Below, piece after piece: positions 22,185 through 36,400 of a stretch of DNA of 64,000 nt. Below the pieces are notes generated by a model. It had not been told where the DNA came from, ran no database searches, and saw nothing but the letters and a program-made list of their open reading frames with translations. Every line of letters begins with the position of its first letter. Position 1 is the stretch's first letter. Source of the stretch: Eledone cirrhosa (lineage: Eukaryota); assembly GCA_964016885.1 (NCBI GenBank), contig OZ024750.1:744001-808000 (forward strand), read 5' to 3'. Made by a program: the position numbers and the translations under genes.

Positions 22185-25100
22185 CCACCCTTGCAAGTAG
22201 GGAAAAGCGGACGTAAAATGATGATATATATAAATATTTTCACAGTTCAGATGTTAGGTACAAATGATAAATAGTGAGTAATTAAAAAACTTTAAAAAAT
22301 GGCCAAACACCAGTACTTAGATCCATCATATTTAGACTAATATAAACAAGAAGCAAATCCTGTTAAAGGCGTTCCAGACGTGAACATCCCATCTTTTTCC
22401 ATATTACATTATCTAATATGCTCTTGCTTCTTTCAAAATGGTAGGGTATCATTAAGGGAAGATTTAGCTGCTATTCCTAGCACATCAATTTCCGTCGTTC
22501 ATAAAAAAAAACTGGTTTCAAGCATGTTGACTGATAACAAATGATTGACATTGTTATTGGGTTGAAAGAATAAAATTCAGAATGATATAAAAATGAGGCC
22601 TTGTGAATTTCTACAAAAGCGATAAAGGTTTTAACAAAGCCATATGAAGGCCTAACCACGTGTTTCCAGCATTTTAGATATTGGAGAAAGTCTTATACGC
22701 CCTGTCTACATTTTGAAAATCTGTTGATCTGATCAACATAGTTGGTAAAGATTAAAATAGGATGGCATGTAAGGCCAATTAAATAAAAGTAAAATGTAGT
22801 AAATTCCCTTCTAATGTTTACAATATCTTTATTATTATGTATTCAACGTTTCTTGATATTTTCAACAGCATTAGGTCTGCATATATAGGGCTGTTGTTTT
22901 TCTTTGTCTATAAATATAATTTGGAGTTGTTTTTATTTCGAAGATTATTTCCTCGCTACCGATTTAGGATCGGCTGAATTTATTTTAGTTTTATTACTCA
23001 TTGTCAGTCAGAATGTCGGATTTTTCTTGCTTCTTGCTGTAAAAGATAAGGCTTATTTAGTTAAACTAATAAATTAGTCAAAGTAATAAACTAGTAATAA
23101 GACCATCAGTGTTAGCGGTTAACACTTGTCTAGTCAAAGTAATAAAGACCTTCAGTGTTAGAGAAAACTTTCCCATTTCTTGTCCTGTTTCTACTAGTTA
23201 CCCATGTTGGTACAATTACTTATGAAGTGAGAAATATATAAATAACGGTTTATTATTTCTACACAAGGCCAACAATTTCGTTACTGGTACTTTATTTTAT
23301 CGACCCCATAAATATAAAAGGCAAAGTTAACCTCTGCGGAATTTGAACTCAGAACGTAAAGAGCCGTAGCTCTATGCTGCACAGCATGGTATCCGACGCT
23401 CTACCCATTCTGCTAATCCTGATATAATATTCTGTGAAGCAGTGTTTGTCATAACTAAAAGGTTTTAGTCTGTATGATAACTGGGGAAAACTGGAATAAT
23501 TAAACATTTTTAATTGTTGAAGTACTTTTTATGGCTGCGTTCTGTTTAATAAAGAAAAACTTTTATTTCAGATGTCATTGAAGCTACTTCTTATAACAGA
23601 CTTCTCAGTCAATTTGAAGATTTGGTAGCAGCTTCTGGTAAGAGAATTTTCTCGGAAAATATTCTATTTTAGTTATACTATGACATATTTCATCAATTAG
23701 TTGTTGAATCTATGTTGTTTGGTTAAGAAGTTCGTTAGGAAAGACGTCTAAGTGATATCGTGGCACCTTGATTAGATGACTTCTGGTACACCCCTGGGTT
23801 GACTAAAGCCTGTCGTGTGTGTGTAAATATGTGTGTATACATATATAAGTATGTGTGTGTATATATGTATAAATATGCGTGTTTGCATTGAAATGATTGA
23901 GAGAGATCACTTAAAAAAGGATCAGACAAAACAGCATGGCCTGTGTCCAATGACTGAAATCAGTGAAAGAATGAATCTATTGTCCTTTATCAGTAAAGTT
24001 TGTTTAAATATTTTATTTTTGATTCCTATTATCATTGGAAAAGGGATATATAATATATATGTATGTGTATGGAAATGGTGCCAAACAAAGGGTTGGGCAG
24101 ACCCTCAGTTGTTTCAAAGATATGACCTTTCATGGGCACTTGGTAGAATGTGAAGCCATACATAAACGAGACAACAGATTCCTGGCCTGCCTGGGAGATC
24201 AGTGGCTCTGCTTCAGTACTAACTTGGTCTATGTAGACCTGTCCAACCCTTGCTAGCAGGGAAACCGGACATTCAAATGATTTATGATGGTGAATGTATG
24301 ATGTTGCAAAGTTCCCATATATTTGAGGAGATCCACTTAACATTTGTACTCAGATAAGGAAAATCACAATTATAGAAATATTGTTTCTGGTGAGATAATC
24401 TCGAAAAGTCTTTTTATTAATATCTGGTTAACAATGAGAAAGCTAAATATGTGAGAGCTATGATGTCCTGGGGAAGCTAAAATTGTCAGATGACAATATG
24501 TTTAATAAAGTAATCAGCTTAGTGGAGTTTAAACTTGGGTATGCATGGTAACTACTGTATCTTATTTTTCTTCTTCGTCCACTTATTCTTGGAAGGGTTG
24601 TGGGAACAGTCCTAAACACACCTGTTAGAAGAAACTCCCCAATTGACCCAACTGAATCCCAAACCATTTTGCTCGGGGTTTACTTGGTTTCTTGTTGGTT
24701 GGTTTTGCCCATAAAATCTGTCCAATGATTCTTTCCTTAGACATGTGCTTGTCCTTATCTGAGTACAAATGTTAAGTGGGTCTCTTCATTAAGTTCATTG
24801 AAGCTTTGCAACACACACACACACGCACATTATTGTGTATTTTAAAAAAAAATTGAGGATTTAGGTTGGCCCAAATTTTAAAGAGGACTGCTGAAACTAG
24901 ATACAAGAGGAGTGGTTTTGTATTTTATATGGGTGGATGAAACCTCAATATAGTACAATAAGATATATTGCTGACTCAGAAAGTTTAAAATTTTAGTGCA
25001 TTATGACTTCTGACCCTCTTTAAATATACAATTTGAATCCTTTTGTTATATTTTTAATAAAATAGACTTTGAATTAATGAAGAATTTAGAGGGATTTACT

Positions 25101-27670
25101 AAAATTCTTGTTTCATTAAGATGTTATTTCTAACATAAAAGGTAAAAATATATCCTGGAAGGTTTTAGGTAGGTATCCTTTAAAATAGGTGGTTTTGGAT
25201 GGGTTGGTGGGGGCACAGTTTTTCATCTTAGGCAGGGATAGATCTAGATGGTATCACAGTTTTTCTGTGACCCGAAGAGAGATTTTCTTGTGGAAACCTG
25301 GTGAAAGTCATACCCAGGCTGCTCTCTACTAGGGTTCCTTGTCGAACCCATACAGGTAGAAATGTGGGCCCTTGAAATACCTCTACAGTTTAGATGGAAT
25401 GGAGATGGCATTCCATAAAAATAAAGTTGTGTGTTGGTATGCTTCTTTAGGACAATATATTTGCTATTTTGTCCACTAGGACCATGAGACATGCATGGTA
25501 TTCTGTGATTTCCACCATCTTAACCCTTTAGCATTTAAACTGGCCATTTCTCACACTTGGAAAGATTTTATCATATGTTAATTGTAAAATATTGTACTAC
25601 TGTTACATTTATATTATATAATTATTTACTATTTTTTATTTATTTATTTATTTTTTATTGCAGAGTTGTCGCCAGTACAAAAATTGATAAGGTTAGTATC
25701 ACTACATTTCCCTTTGTTTAAATCATATTTTAAATATTTTTATATCAGCGTTGTTTGTGTGATTTTTACAGCTGAATTTCTGGCTTTATAACAGAATATC
25801 TGCAGCAGATATAAAGAGTTCCTTTGCTCTTGTTGCAGTTTTTGGGGTTATTACTGCTTTCCTAGACAGTCCATCATCTCTGTGTGATTAGTGGAGGATC
25901 TTTTTTTGTATACTCATAGGTTTGTTTAGAATTCCCAACTTCCTGGATATGTTGCCTGAAAGGCTATGTCTTAGTGACTCTAGGAGGGAATTTAGCTAAT
26001 ACTGTTGTGTCTGTCTTCATATTTATAAAACAGGCTATGTGTTAAAAAACGTACGTGGTCAATACTTTTAAATTGAAAAAGGCACCTTAGTGAATCTCAT
26101 CGTGTTCCTTTCTCTGATCTTAAAGAAAGTTCAGCTGGACAATCAGGGACCTGAGAAATATGGCTATTCTTTTATTTTTGGTGTTTGGGACATAATAAAA
26201 TTTCATAAAATTATGATGAAATGTTTTTAAAAAGATATAAACAGCTTTGTATCATACATGGGGCAGTTTGTTATCAAAATTGTTAATGGTTGTTGTAGCA
26301 ATATATAAAATAACTGAAAGGTTAGCCGTCAGTTTGGTAAAAGGCTGAATCGGTAACGTGTTACATTTAACCAATAATTTAGTCATGTTATTTCTTTTGA
26401 ATGCCTTCCTCTCACAAACATCATACTGTCTTCCTGTTTCATTCCTGTTTTGATTTGCTCTGTAACTCTTCCCTAAACACTCTATTGTTTCTCAGAGCTG
26501 CTGCAGTCTATAATTTTCTTTGTGTTTATACTTTTCCTAAGACATCAACCTACAGAACTTGAACAGTTATAAGGTTTTTAAAAAACATCACTTCTCTTCT
26601 GAATAAATCAATAGTTAAAAAATGAAAATGTGAATTAAATGTATGTTGGCAGGTATAATGCAAATTTCTGGCAGGTTGTATTAACATAAGATTAAGTAGT
26701 ATTGATTTAAAAAACCATGTTCAGGTTTAAGAATTTGACCAAATAAAAGGCTGGACAGAAATGGTAGTTCAATCTGAGTATTTATAATTATTTGCTGAGT
26801 TTCTTTCAAAATAGGATCAAACTAACCCCAACTATTAAAGATAATATATCCCTTTTGTCACTAGACTTCCCAAAACTTCTTCATTCTATGATACAAGGAT
26901 ATTTATTGCTAAGAGTCAACAATTGTTTGGAGCTTAACACTTTTCAAATAAAATACTATGTATTTTAATTACTTTGGGAAGGATTTACTAAAATTAAACT
27001 CTATTAAGATTGTATTTGTAAATATAACATGTTGGTTGTGTGGTTGTTATGAGAAATCACCAGATACTAAATCTTGATATTTTTTATTTTTATTTCCAGT
27101 ACTAAGACTTCAGGTATCTCGTTAATACCTGCTAGTTTACAGACTGTTTCATCATCCAAAACCAATGGCTTCTCTCAACCAGCTCAAACTCTTACTCTAT
27201 CTACAACTAAGAATGAAAATTTACTTACAAGGAAATTATCACTAGTGCCTAGTGGTATTGTAAAGAAATTAGTTAGAAATAAACACAGTGTTTCCGTAGC
27301 TTCATTACTTCGAGATCCCAGAATAAGTAAAGTAAAACTCCAAACCGAAGACAATGGTACCAACATTTGTAATGACATGACTAACAGTGAGTATTGTTTT
27401 GTTGTATCCAGGAAATGTTCTCTTCTAATTGTAAGACATTCCATACTGGAATATAAGTAAAATTGAGGTGGGGGTGCTGGTCCGGGAGTCAATATTTTGA
27501 TGGTTTTCGCCAACTTATAAACGGGGATTGGATTTTTGTCCATTTCTCAATAGATAAAATGTGGGTGGTGGACTTCCGTTTGAGTATATCTCATAAATGT
27601 AAAATGAATCAATTAACAGTGGCTTTTAATTTTACACCTTTGCTGTGTTACTTTTCACATCCCCTCGTGT

Positions 27671-27726
<56 letters not shown>

Positions 27727-30700
27727 ACAATTATATGAAGTTGTTTGCGGGGACAATAGAGAAAGTTAGAAGTTAATTGTAAATAGTGTAGGTGTGTGTT
27801 GTTTTACACCTGTAGAAATTAAGATAATGCAGGTAAATATAATTGACATTAAATATATTTTAAGTATTTTTATTTTTTATATTTCAGAAGACCAACAGAA
27901 TGTGGTAATTATTAGTAGTGAGAGTTCAGAGCCACTCCAGTTAAAACCTACCGATTCTAGATTGGCTGGAAACCAAACAGTTAATACAAATGATGATGAA
28001 AACAATCAAAACGGAAATTCTGCTTTGAATGATACAAATACAAAAGATTCTATTCCACCAATTGTTCTACCTGAATTGTCTGTAACGAGTTTAGTTAAAA
28101 AAAGTCCTTCAACAGATGAGTTTCCTGATTTACTGAAGCCTCAAAATTTAACTAGATATGTTGAATTAAGTTCATTAAAAAGTCAAGATAATAGTAATTG
28201 TAATTCTTCTAAAAAGCCAACTGTTCAATATAGGCCGTATTATAGCCATTTAAGGGATCATGACTACACACTTAACTGTCCTAGATTTATACCTAAAGAA
28301 AAGAGCACCAACTCTGCTACAACAAAAAGGTCATTTATAATTCCAAAGAAAAAGAAAAAAATTAGCGATGACCCACATTCAAATAATTCTGTTAATAGTT
28401 TTGATAAAGAATCCAGTGACTCTAATAATACAGAAGACTTTTTTTCTAAAGATACGCAAGCTACTGAACATTCTAGTTCTTCATATATACAAACATCACA
28501 AACTGTTAGTTCTGGTGATACAAAAGATGTGCGTCATGAAGAAATACAAAAAGCAGTTGAAGTTGTATCTGACAAACAAACTGTGTCAACTTGTGGATTA
28601 AGTGCCCTGCAAGATTATGTTAGCAGTGAAAATCCGTTTGATTGTCGAAATGTTGACAATCATGATTTTCGTACTTGTGATGTATGTAAAGATTTCTTCC
28701 CTAAACCGAAATCTGGTGAAAAATGCAATGATGTTGTTTTCCCTGATATGGTCCCATGCCAGATGTGTTTTCACTTGAGTGAAGACAATTTGACTGCAAA
28801 TTATGTAAAACATTGCAATGTAAATAGTCCACTAGGTCACCTAAATCCATGTGGTATGTTGTCTTGTCCTACCGATGAAGCAATCAATGCTTATATTTTT
28901 GATTATACTAATGATAAAGAATTGGAGAAGATTTCTTCTATGGAAGTTGAAGGAATATTAAGCTCTACAGATTTATCAACTTCTGATATGTTAGGTTTTA
29001 GTAGTTTAAAAACAAGTGATCAGAACGATTTCAATCTCAAAAATTCTGTGGATTTGTTGAATGCTCTTCCTGTAAAACACATTCAACAATCTAAGGAAAC
29101 TTTCTGTAACTTTCCTGTAAATGATGTTGCTACAGATAATCTAAAAGAAAATATTTTAAATGAAAATGATTTTTTATTTATTTCTGAACCTGTAAAACCT
29201 GTTGAAAATTCAACAAAACTGAATGAGGAGGATGCAGTTAATAAGGAGACATCCAGTAATACTATCTCCCCTATGGAGGAGGATCATCTTTCTAAAACAG
29301 ATAAAACAGACAATGTAGGTAATGAAGAAATGATGTTGAATAAAGTGCCGTCGTATTTAAGTGGACTCTCTGCCCAAGCTATTAGCAACAAAACTAAGGT
29401 TAATTTTCAACCTCACAGTAATAATGCTATTAATATATCTGATTTCAACAAAAAACCTGAGAATGAGTCTGAGTTATGTAAGATTCCAGCGTACCATCAG
29501 TCTTTCAACAAGTATGATAGAGATTCTTCATTGCCAGTTTATAAAGATCCTTGGGGTGAAAGAAAAACTGCTCTACGTCAGCAACAACAGTTTGACTCAG
29601 ACTGTGAAACTTCAAAAAGTTGTCTTTCATCATCGTAAGTATTGATATCTTTTTTAACTGTTGTCATATAAACCCAGTAAAAACCGGCTCTGTGAAACAA
29701 ACCACCCATCTTAAAGTCTTCCAACAGTTTATATAAAGAAATGTTACAAAATATCTTGATAAAAAGAAAATCCTTCTGAATTGGTCATTAACCCTTCAGC
29801 ATTTACATTTTATATTTACTATTTTCACAGTAAAGGCTTTATTTACATAACATAATATCGAATCTATAAGATTTTGATATTATTTATTTTGAGAACAATA
29901 CCTTCACATCAGTATGAGCAGCTGGTTACAGCCAGTTTGAACAGAAAGAGCTCAGAGAATTCTGGCCAGTTTAAATGCTAGAGGGTTATTTTTTTGAAAT
30001 ATGGTAACAAAGGGATTAGATATGTAGACTTGTGTACTCTATTATTCAAATTATAATTTGGTTTGATCATACTAGACTGAGGGAGAGCTGACATGTTATA
30101 TAACCATTGTCAACTTATTGAACTTGTCTTGATATTTTATTTTACATTCTCTTGATTCCTGGGATAGAATTACATAAATATAATAAAAAAATTATTTAGT
30201 CAAATATAGACAAAAAGAAAGTAGCATGACTAAAGACTATGAGGAAAGAATTATGAAGCAATGAAAGGAGGTAATTAGTGTTTATATCTGAATCATCATC
30301 ATCATCATCATCGTTTAACGTCCATCTTCCACGCTTGCATGGGTTTGGACGGGAGGTTTCCCACTTGAGGCAAGATTGGTTGTCTTGCTCACATAGGACT
30401 GTCTGGCGGGTTTTCTAGGGCTGGATGCCCTAACACCAACTAAGTTTACAGTGTGGACTGGGAGGTTTTTACCGTGTTACCTACACGGCCACATTACAGC
30501 CTGGTCTGTGTTTTTTTGTTGTGACACCTACACGACCTCATTTGTTTTGGACTGGATGTTGTAGTACCAACATAACTTTACATTGAATGGGGTGGGGATA
30601 GTGGGACGGGGGTGTATTTTTGTTAGAGGTGCCTACTGACTGTAGTAGGTTTCACTTTGTACTTGGGTAAGGCGTCTTCAGTATTACTGTGTAGCGCCAA

Positions 30701-31159
30701 AGATCTCGGTTCAGTGACAGTGTCTTGGAGAGGTGTAAGTGTGTGAGGTCGGAATTTATCAAGTCGTCCCTGAATAACATAACTTATTCTCATGGCTGAA
30801 TGTATTGATCTTCCTCATTACTAATGGTGGGTATATATATTACCAATGATGGGTATATATCAGGTGTAGCTGCAGTCTAGCAGATACCAACCAAATTGTT
30901 TGAGGCAGTCACAAAAGTATTCAATAGTGTGAAAAGTTAGTTGCACCAAGAATAAAAGACTAAAATCATGTTATAATAAATACAACATTGATACAAGTGA
31001 AACACTAGTTCGGAAGGACAGAGATAAAAGTCTTCGAATTCGAGGAAGATACATCATGGCTTGAATAATGTAGAAACAAGTCATTCATCTTGTCTGATGA
31101 TACTGTCAGTTTACAGGTCTCCAGAGTAACAAAACACATTATTTAGCCATAATAAATAA

Positions 31160-31196
<37 letters not shown>

Positions 31197-33415
31197 CGAA
31201 TTACATCTGTTCTTCCACGCTAGCATGGGTTAGACGAGTTGTCCTGTTGTGGGCAGTGTCCGGTCGGCTACCCATGTCTTGCTCATACGGGAACTGATTC
31301 TGGCTTGATTTCTACAGCTGGATGCCCTTCCTAACATCAACCTCATTTACAGTGAGTGCTGGGTGCTTTTTTTGCCATGGCACCTCCACGACCACTTTGC
31401 AGTGGAATGATAGGGACCCCAGTCCCTATCATCTCATTTCTACAACTGAGTAAACTGGAGCAATGTGAAATAAAATGTCTTGCTCAAGGAAGCAACACAT
31501 CACCTGGTCCTAGAATTGAACTCACAACCTTTTGATTGCAAGCCCAATGCTCTAATCACTAAGCCATGCGCCTTCATATATATACACACACACAATTAAG
31601 TGACTTTATTCCTAATGGTCATTGAAGATTTTTAAACAATTTATATTTAATTCCTTTTCTGTTTCAGTTAAGTCTTTTCTGATAAACATTTTTTCATCTA
31701 TTATTTAAAAGATATTTTATTTCATGTCTTAAAACAAACGTTTATACTCTAGAATGCACTGTAATCAATATATTTTGACTTGTATCAGATGTTTCAGGTT
31801 GTTCAGTTGTTAGTGCAGGTTTTTAAGCATTAAAACAACATATCTCAGTCCAGGATAAACTTTATTGATCGAAATAAAAGCCATTAGAATCTTCACATTT
31901 TTGCCTAACAAAATAAAAGCTTATATATTCTGGTAACCTAAAATTCTGAAGTTCTGGAGGTATTTGGTTGTTGACAATGTAAGAAATATGTAAATATGTT
32001 ATTACATGAAATAAAATTTATGTAAATCTAGATTTGATAATGTGAGTTTAAAAAACAACAAATTATTTGATGAATTTTTCCCTTATCCCTCCTCAGTATC
32101 TCATTTTACAAATCCTATCGGTTTGTGGTATATTTTAATTCACTAAACAGTTTTAGTGATTGATATATAACTTTCAGGTTGTATAATTCTGTAAGTTTCA
32201 GAGATTTGTGTTGTCCAAGTCCAAGGGGTTTCTCTTGGATGGTTTGTTTACTAAAAATTGATGTTAGTATGGCCCCTTACTGGAAAGGGGCTAATTTTCT
32301 GGGTAATATTAAAACTTTTCTGGTCCTGGCAATGTTGAGTGTTTTTACTGTGTTTGAGCTTTGGTTTCCAGGTTGTACCTGGTACAGCCACCATTTAGTC
32401 TCCAGTTATGGTATTCAGGAACTCAAGATCCTTATTTTCAGTATTGGATTAATTCCTCTTTTGCACTACATCCTATTATGAGATATTGCAATATATTTAG
32501 CTTTTCCTGTTCAGGGAATCTGATATATTGAACATATCAAGTATTGGTAATCTATTCCCTTTCAATTAGCTGCATCCGTATTGAACTGTTGCATGTTAAA
32601 ACTTTTATTTATCAATCATTATTTGCATATGAAAATATTCTGATCATGTTCTAGTGATTTCTGGCAATCGTTTGCTGTGTCTTTCGTACTTTCAGTTTGT
32701 CATATATTTCTCTCTGTAGAAGTCTTACAGACGGTATATTACAAATTTTCAGGTGGTATATTATTGACCAAGTCAAACAATGTTTTGTGGTGTTTGTTCC
32801 AGCTTTCTGTTTTTGTTCAATTAATACATTTCGTCCTTTCAGAGTTGAAATAGTTGAACAATATCTGTGGCTGTGTATAATTTCTTGTGGAGATTTGTTT
32901 GTTGTCTTTAGCGGTTGTTAGGGGCTTCTTTTTTGTATAGGGCCAGGCTGCTAGCCCGACACCTAAACTTACTCCTTTCTCGAGCAGGTTTATAACTGAC
33001 TATGGAAGATCGACCATGCTGCCTTAAGTACAATTTCAGGATGGTAGATTGGTAGAATTATAAGTGTTGGATAAGAAACTTTTTAGTATTTGTTCCAGGT
33101 CATTGCATTCTGAGTTCAAATCCTGCTTTGGCCTATTGGTAGATTTAATCCATCACCCTGTTCAATATCACCACCTGGCCACTGGTAGAGTCAACTTCGT
33201 GGCTCTCAGTGGCAACCCCTCGGACCAGTATTCTGATTTATGGACACCTTCCCTCCCACCAGAATCAGAAATAAGTCTTGGGCCCTGCCTGCTCCCTAAC
33301 TAAACAATAATAATTATTAGTGCACGTCGGATGCACTTTGATCTTCCACTCTCCTAGCCGGGATATGGATCACCATCTTATGTTGTACTTGCCCGGGACA
33401 CCTTATATATATATA

Positions 33416-33468
<53 letters not shown>

Positions 33469-36400
33469 ATGTCTATATATATATCCAAAATTATATTAAG
33501 GTTGTCATGTCTGAGAGACATGCACCATATTCACTGCAGAATAAGCTCAAAGATTCCAATGAATAGATCCGAGCATTTTATATCAACTAGAAATAGATTG
33601 ACACATATAGATATAAAATAAACACATGAAACAATCTCGGGGAATAATTTGTAAAGTGTGTAAGCACACATAGCTAGGTGCTTGCAAGGGTGGGACGGGA
33701 ACTGATTCTGGCTTGATTTCTACAGCTGGATGCCCTTCCTAACACCAACCTCATTTACAGTGAGTGCTGGGTGCTTTTTTGCCGTGGCACCTCCACGACC
33801 ACTTTACAGTGGAATGATAGGGACCCCAGTCCCTATCATCTCATTTCTACAGCTGAGTAAACTGGAGCAATGTGAAATAAAGTGTCTTGCTCAAGGAAAC
33901 AACACATCACCCGGTCTGAGAATTGAACTCAACCTTTCGATTGCAAGGCCAATGCTCTAACCACTAAGCTATGTGCCTCCATCTATATTTGAAGTTCTAG
34001 TTAAACTTTAATTAGTTACCTACTACCTAGCTATGTGTGCTTACACACTTTACAAATTATTCCCCGAGATTGTTTCATGTTTATTTTATATCTATGTGTG
34101 TCAATCTATTTCTAGTTGATATATATTAGTTGACCATCTTCTGACTTGGATTTTACTGAACCAAACTCTAGCCCCTTATTGATGTCTGTTATTGTTTAAA
34201 ATCATCAAGCCTCATTTAAATCTAGTTTCGAATTTCTTACTCAACATACTAGGTATGATGGCTGACTGCTTCAACTCCTGGATTCAAATCCTGCTTCAGG
34301 CATTACATCATATTTTGGAGCAAGGTATATTACTATTTACCTTACTTTAAACAGCTGCTCCTATTTTATAAACAACTGGTCGCCGTGTGGTTTCTTCGAC
34401 AAGTAGTTTTAATTCAAAATGGTCGGAATCTGTAGTTATGGAGAAGCAGGCATCCATAGCTAAACTCTAGGTTTGATTCATGGATTAACATTGTTTTAGA
34501 TGACTTCTGTGACTCAACAGTTGTAGCTTAATTCTATCTTACAGTAGATCAGTTATATCACATAAGATTACTCTCATTCTCATCTCATCATTTATTTTAT
34601 TTTTTCTTCTATTTGCTGTTATTAATGATTTGACTTTTCTGTTTTTCTTTTTATCATTTTCAGTAGTTCACCATCAACTTCAGATTCTCTAACTGAAGAA
34701 TATCCAAGTTGGTCCCAATCAAGTTCAAGATCAACATCACCTGGCAGTGATTCTAGAGGCAGTCATTTTTCCCCACACAGAGATTACACATCAAGAGACA
34801 GATCACCATCCCCATCAATCTACGCAAGATGTCGAAGTAGTTATTCATTACAAAAAGTTTCAAGACAGAGTCGAAATATTTCTCGTTTACGTTCTCCTTA
34901 CAGAAATTCCAATCATCATAAATTTAGGTATGTACTTGTAAGCTCGGCCATCTTATCCAATAGATTATATTTACTTAAAGCACAAGACCAGAAAATTTTG
35001 GGTGTGTAGGGAGTTGAGTAAATCAACCCAGTACTTCATTGGTACTTCATTTTATTGGCTGCGGGTGGATGAAAAGCAAAATTGGCCTCAACAGGATTTC
35101 AACTCTGAATGTAAAGTGTCGGGTAGACAGAATCGTTAAAGCATTGGACAAAATGTTTTGCAGCATTTAGTTAAGACTTACCACATTCGGAGTTTAAATC
35201 CTGCTTAGGTCAACTCCTTTTATCCTTCTGGGATTGATAAAATTAAATACCAGTAAAATACCAAAGAGGTCTGTATCTTCCTTATGTACGGCCATTATTG
35301 AGTGCAGAGGAGTTGTGTCTTTTCTTACAAACTGAAGGATCCTCCTAACCTCTTGTTAGGCAAGCTTTCTACGGCTGGATGCCCTTCATAACACCAACCA
35401 CTTTCCAGTGTGTACTGAGTGCTTTTATTGAATAGGTAAATAAAAACAGCTGTGATAATGGTGGTAAATTGCAGTTATAAGTTTATATATAGTATGCATT
35501 GAGGATGAAGAACTGAGTTGTATGGGAGCCTTCCAAAAGTCAGTTCAAAAGTGACACAGGAGACTGGGGTTAGCTGGACATGCCCACCAACATTCAGAGC
35601 TGACACTGCACTCAGTGGTCCTGTGGGAGCCCCTACATGGACACACTAGATTACAGAAACTGAGGTTGACATATGTTGATGCCCTAAGGACAGACAGAGG
35701 TCTCCAGGATATATGGGACAGAGACTACTGGAGAGATCTCCATGATTCTCCGTTCTAGATAGATATAGGACTACAGTGTAGTGTGGGAAGCACTGGTATA
35801 GATTAAAGTTTTCTTGTCTTTAATCTTGTATCATTTTTCCTTTGCTGATTTGTCTTATCATTTTAATATTTTTTGATTTCTCCAGACGGCGAAATTCTAT
35901 GCGAAATACATACCATGACAAAGACTCACATCAGGTAAAAACAGGAGTTCTTAATATAAACCCACCCCAAACTGATTCTGGTTCTGTGGAACAAAGCCAT
36001 CCACCTCCTATTTCAATCAAAATCCAACTTAATTTTATATAAGAACCTTTTGTTATGTTACAAATATCTTAATAAAAGAAATAGTTTTAGTAAATCCATC
36101 CCGATTCTTCATTAACTCTTTAGCATTTACATTACTCTATATATTTACTATTGCATTTTCACAGTAAAGACTTTATTTTACATAATTATCTCATATCGAA
36201 TCTACAAGATTTTGATGTTATATATTTTGAGAACAATACCTTAATGTAGGTATGAGCAGCTGGTTACAGCCAGTTTGAACAGAAAGCGGTGAAAGAATTC
36301 TGGCCAGATATGACCAGTTTAAATGCTAATGAGTTAATTAATGAAGATAGTGTTATTTTTGTTTTGTTTTTTCTTTAGAAATATAAAAAGGTGGCTAAAA

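Noticed and set aside
32160-33000. Possible ancient minus-strand LINE remnant (also ~22580-22750)
   Set aside because: Only faint motif traces; too decayed to support a call without a search.
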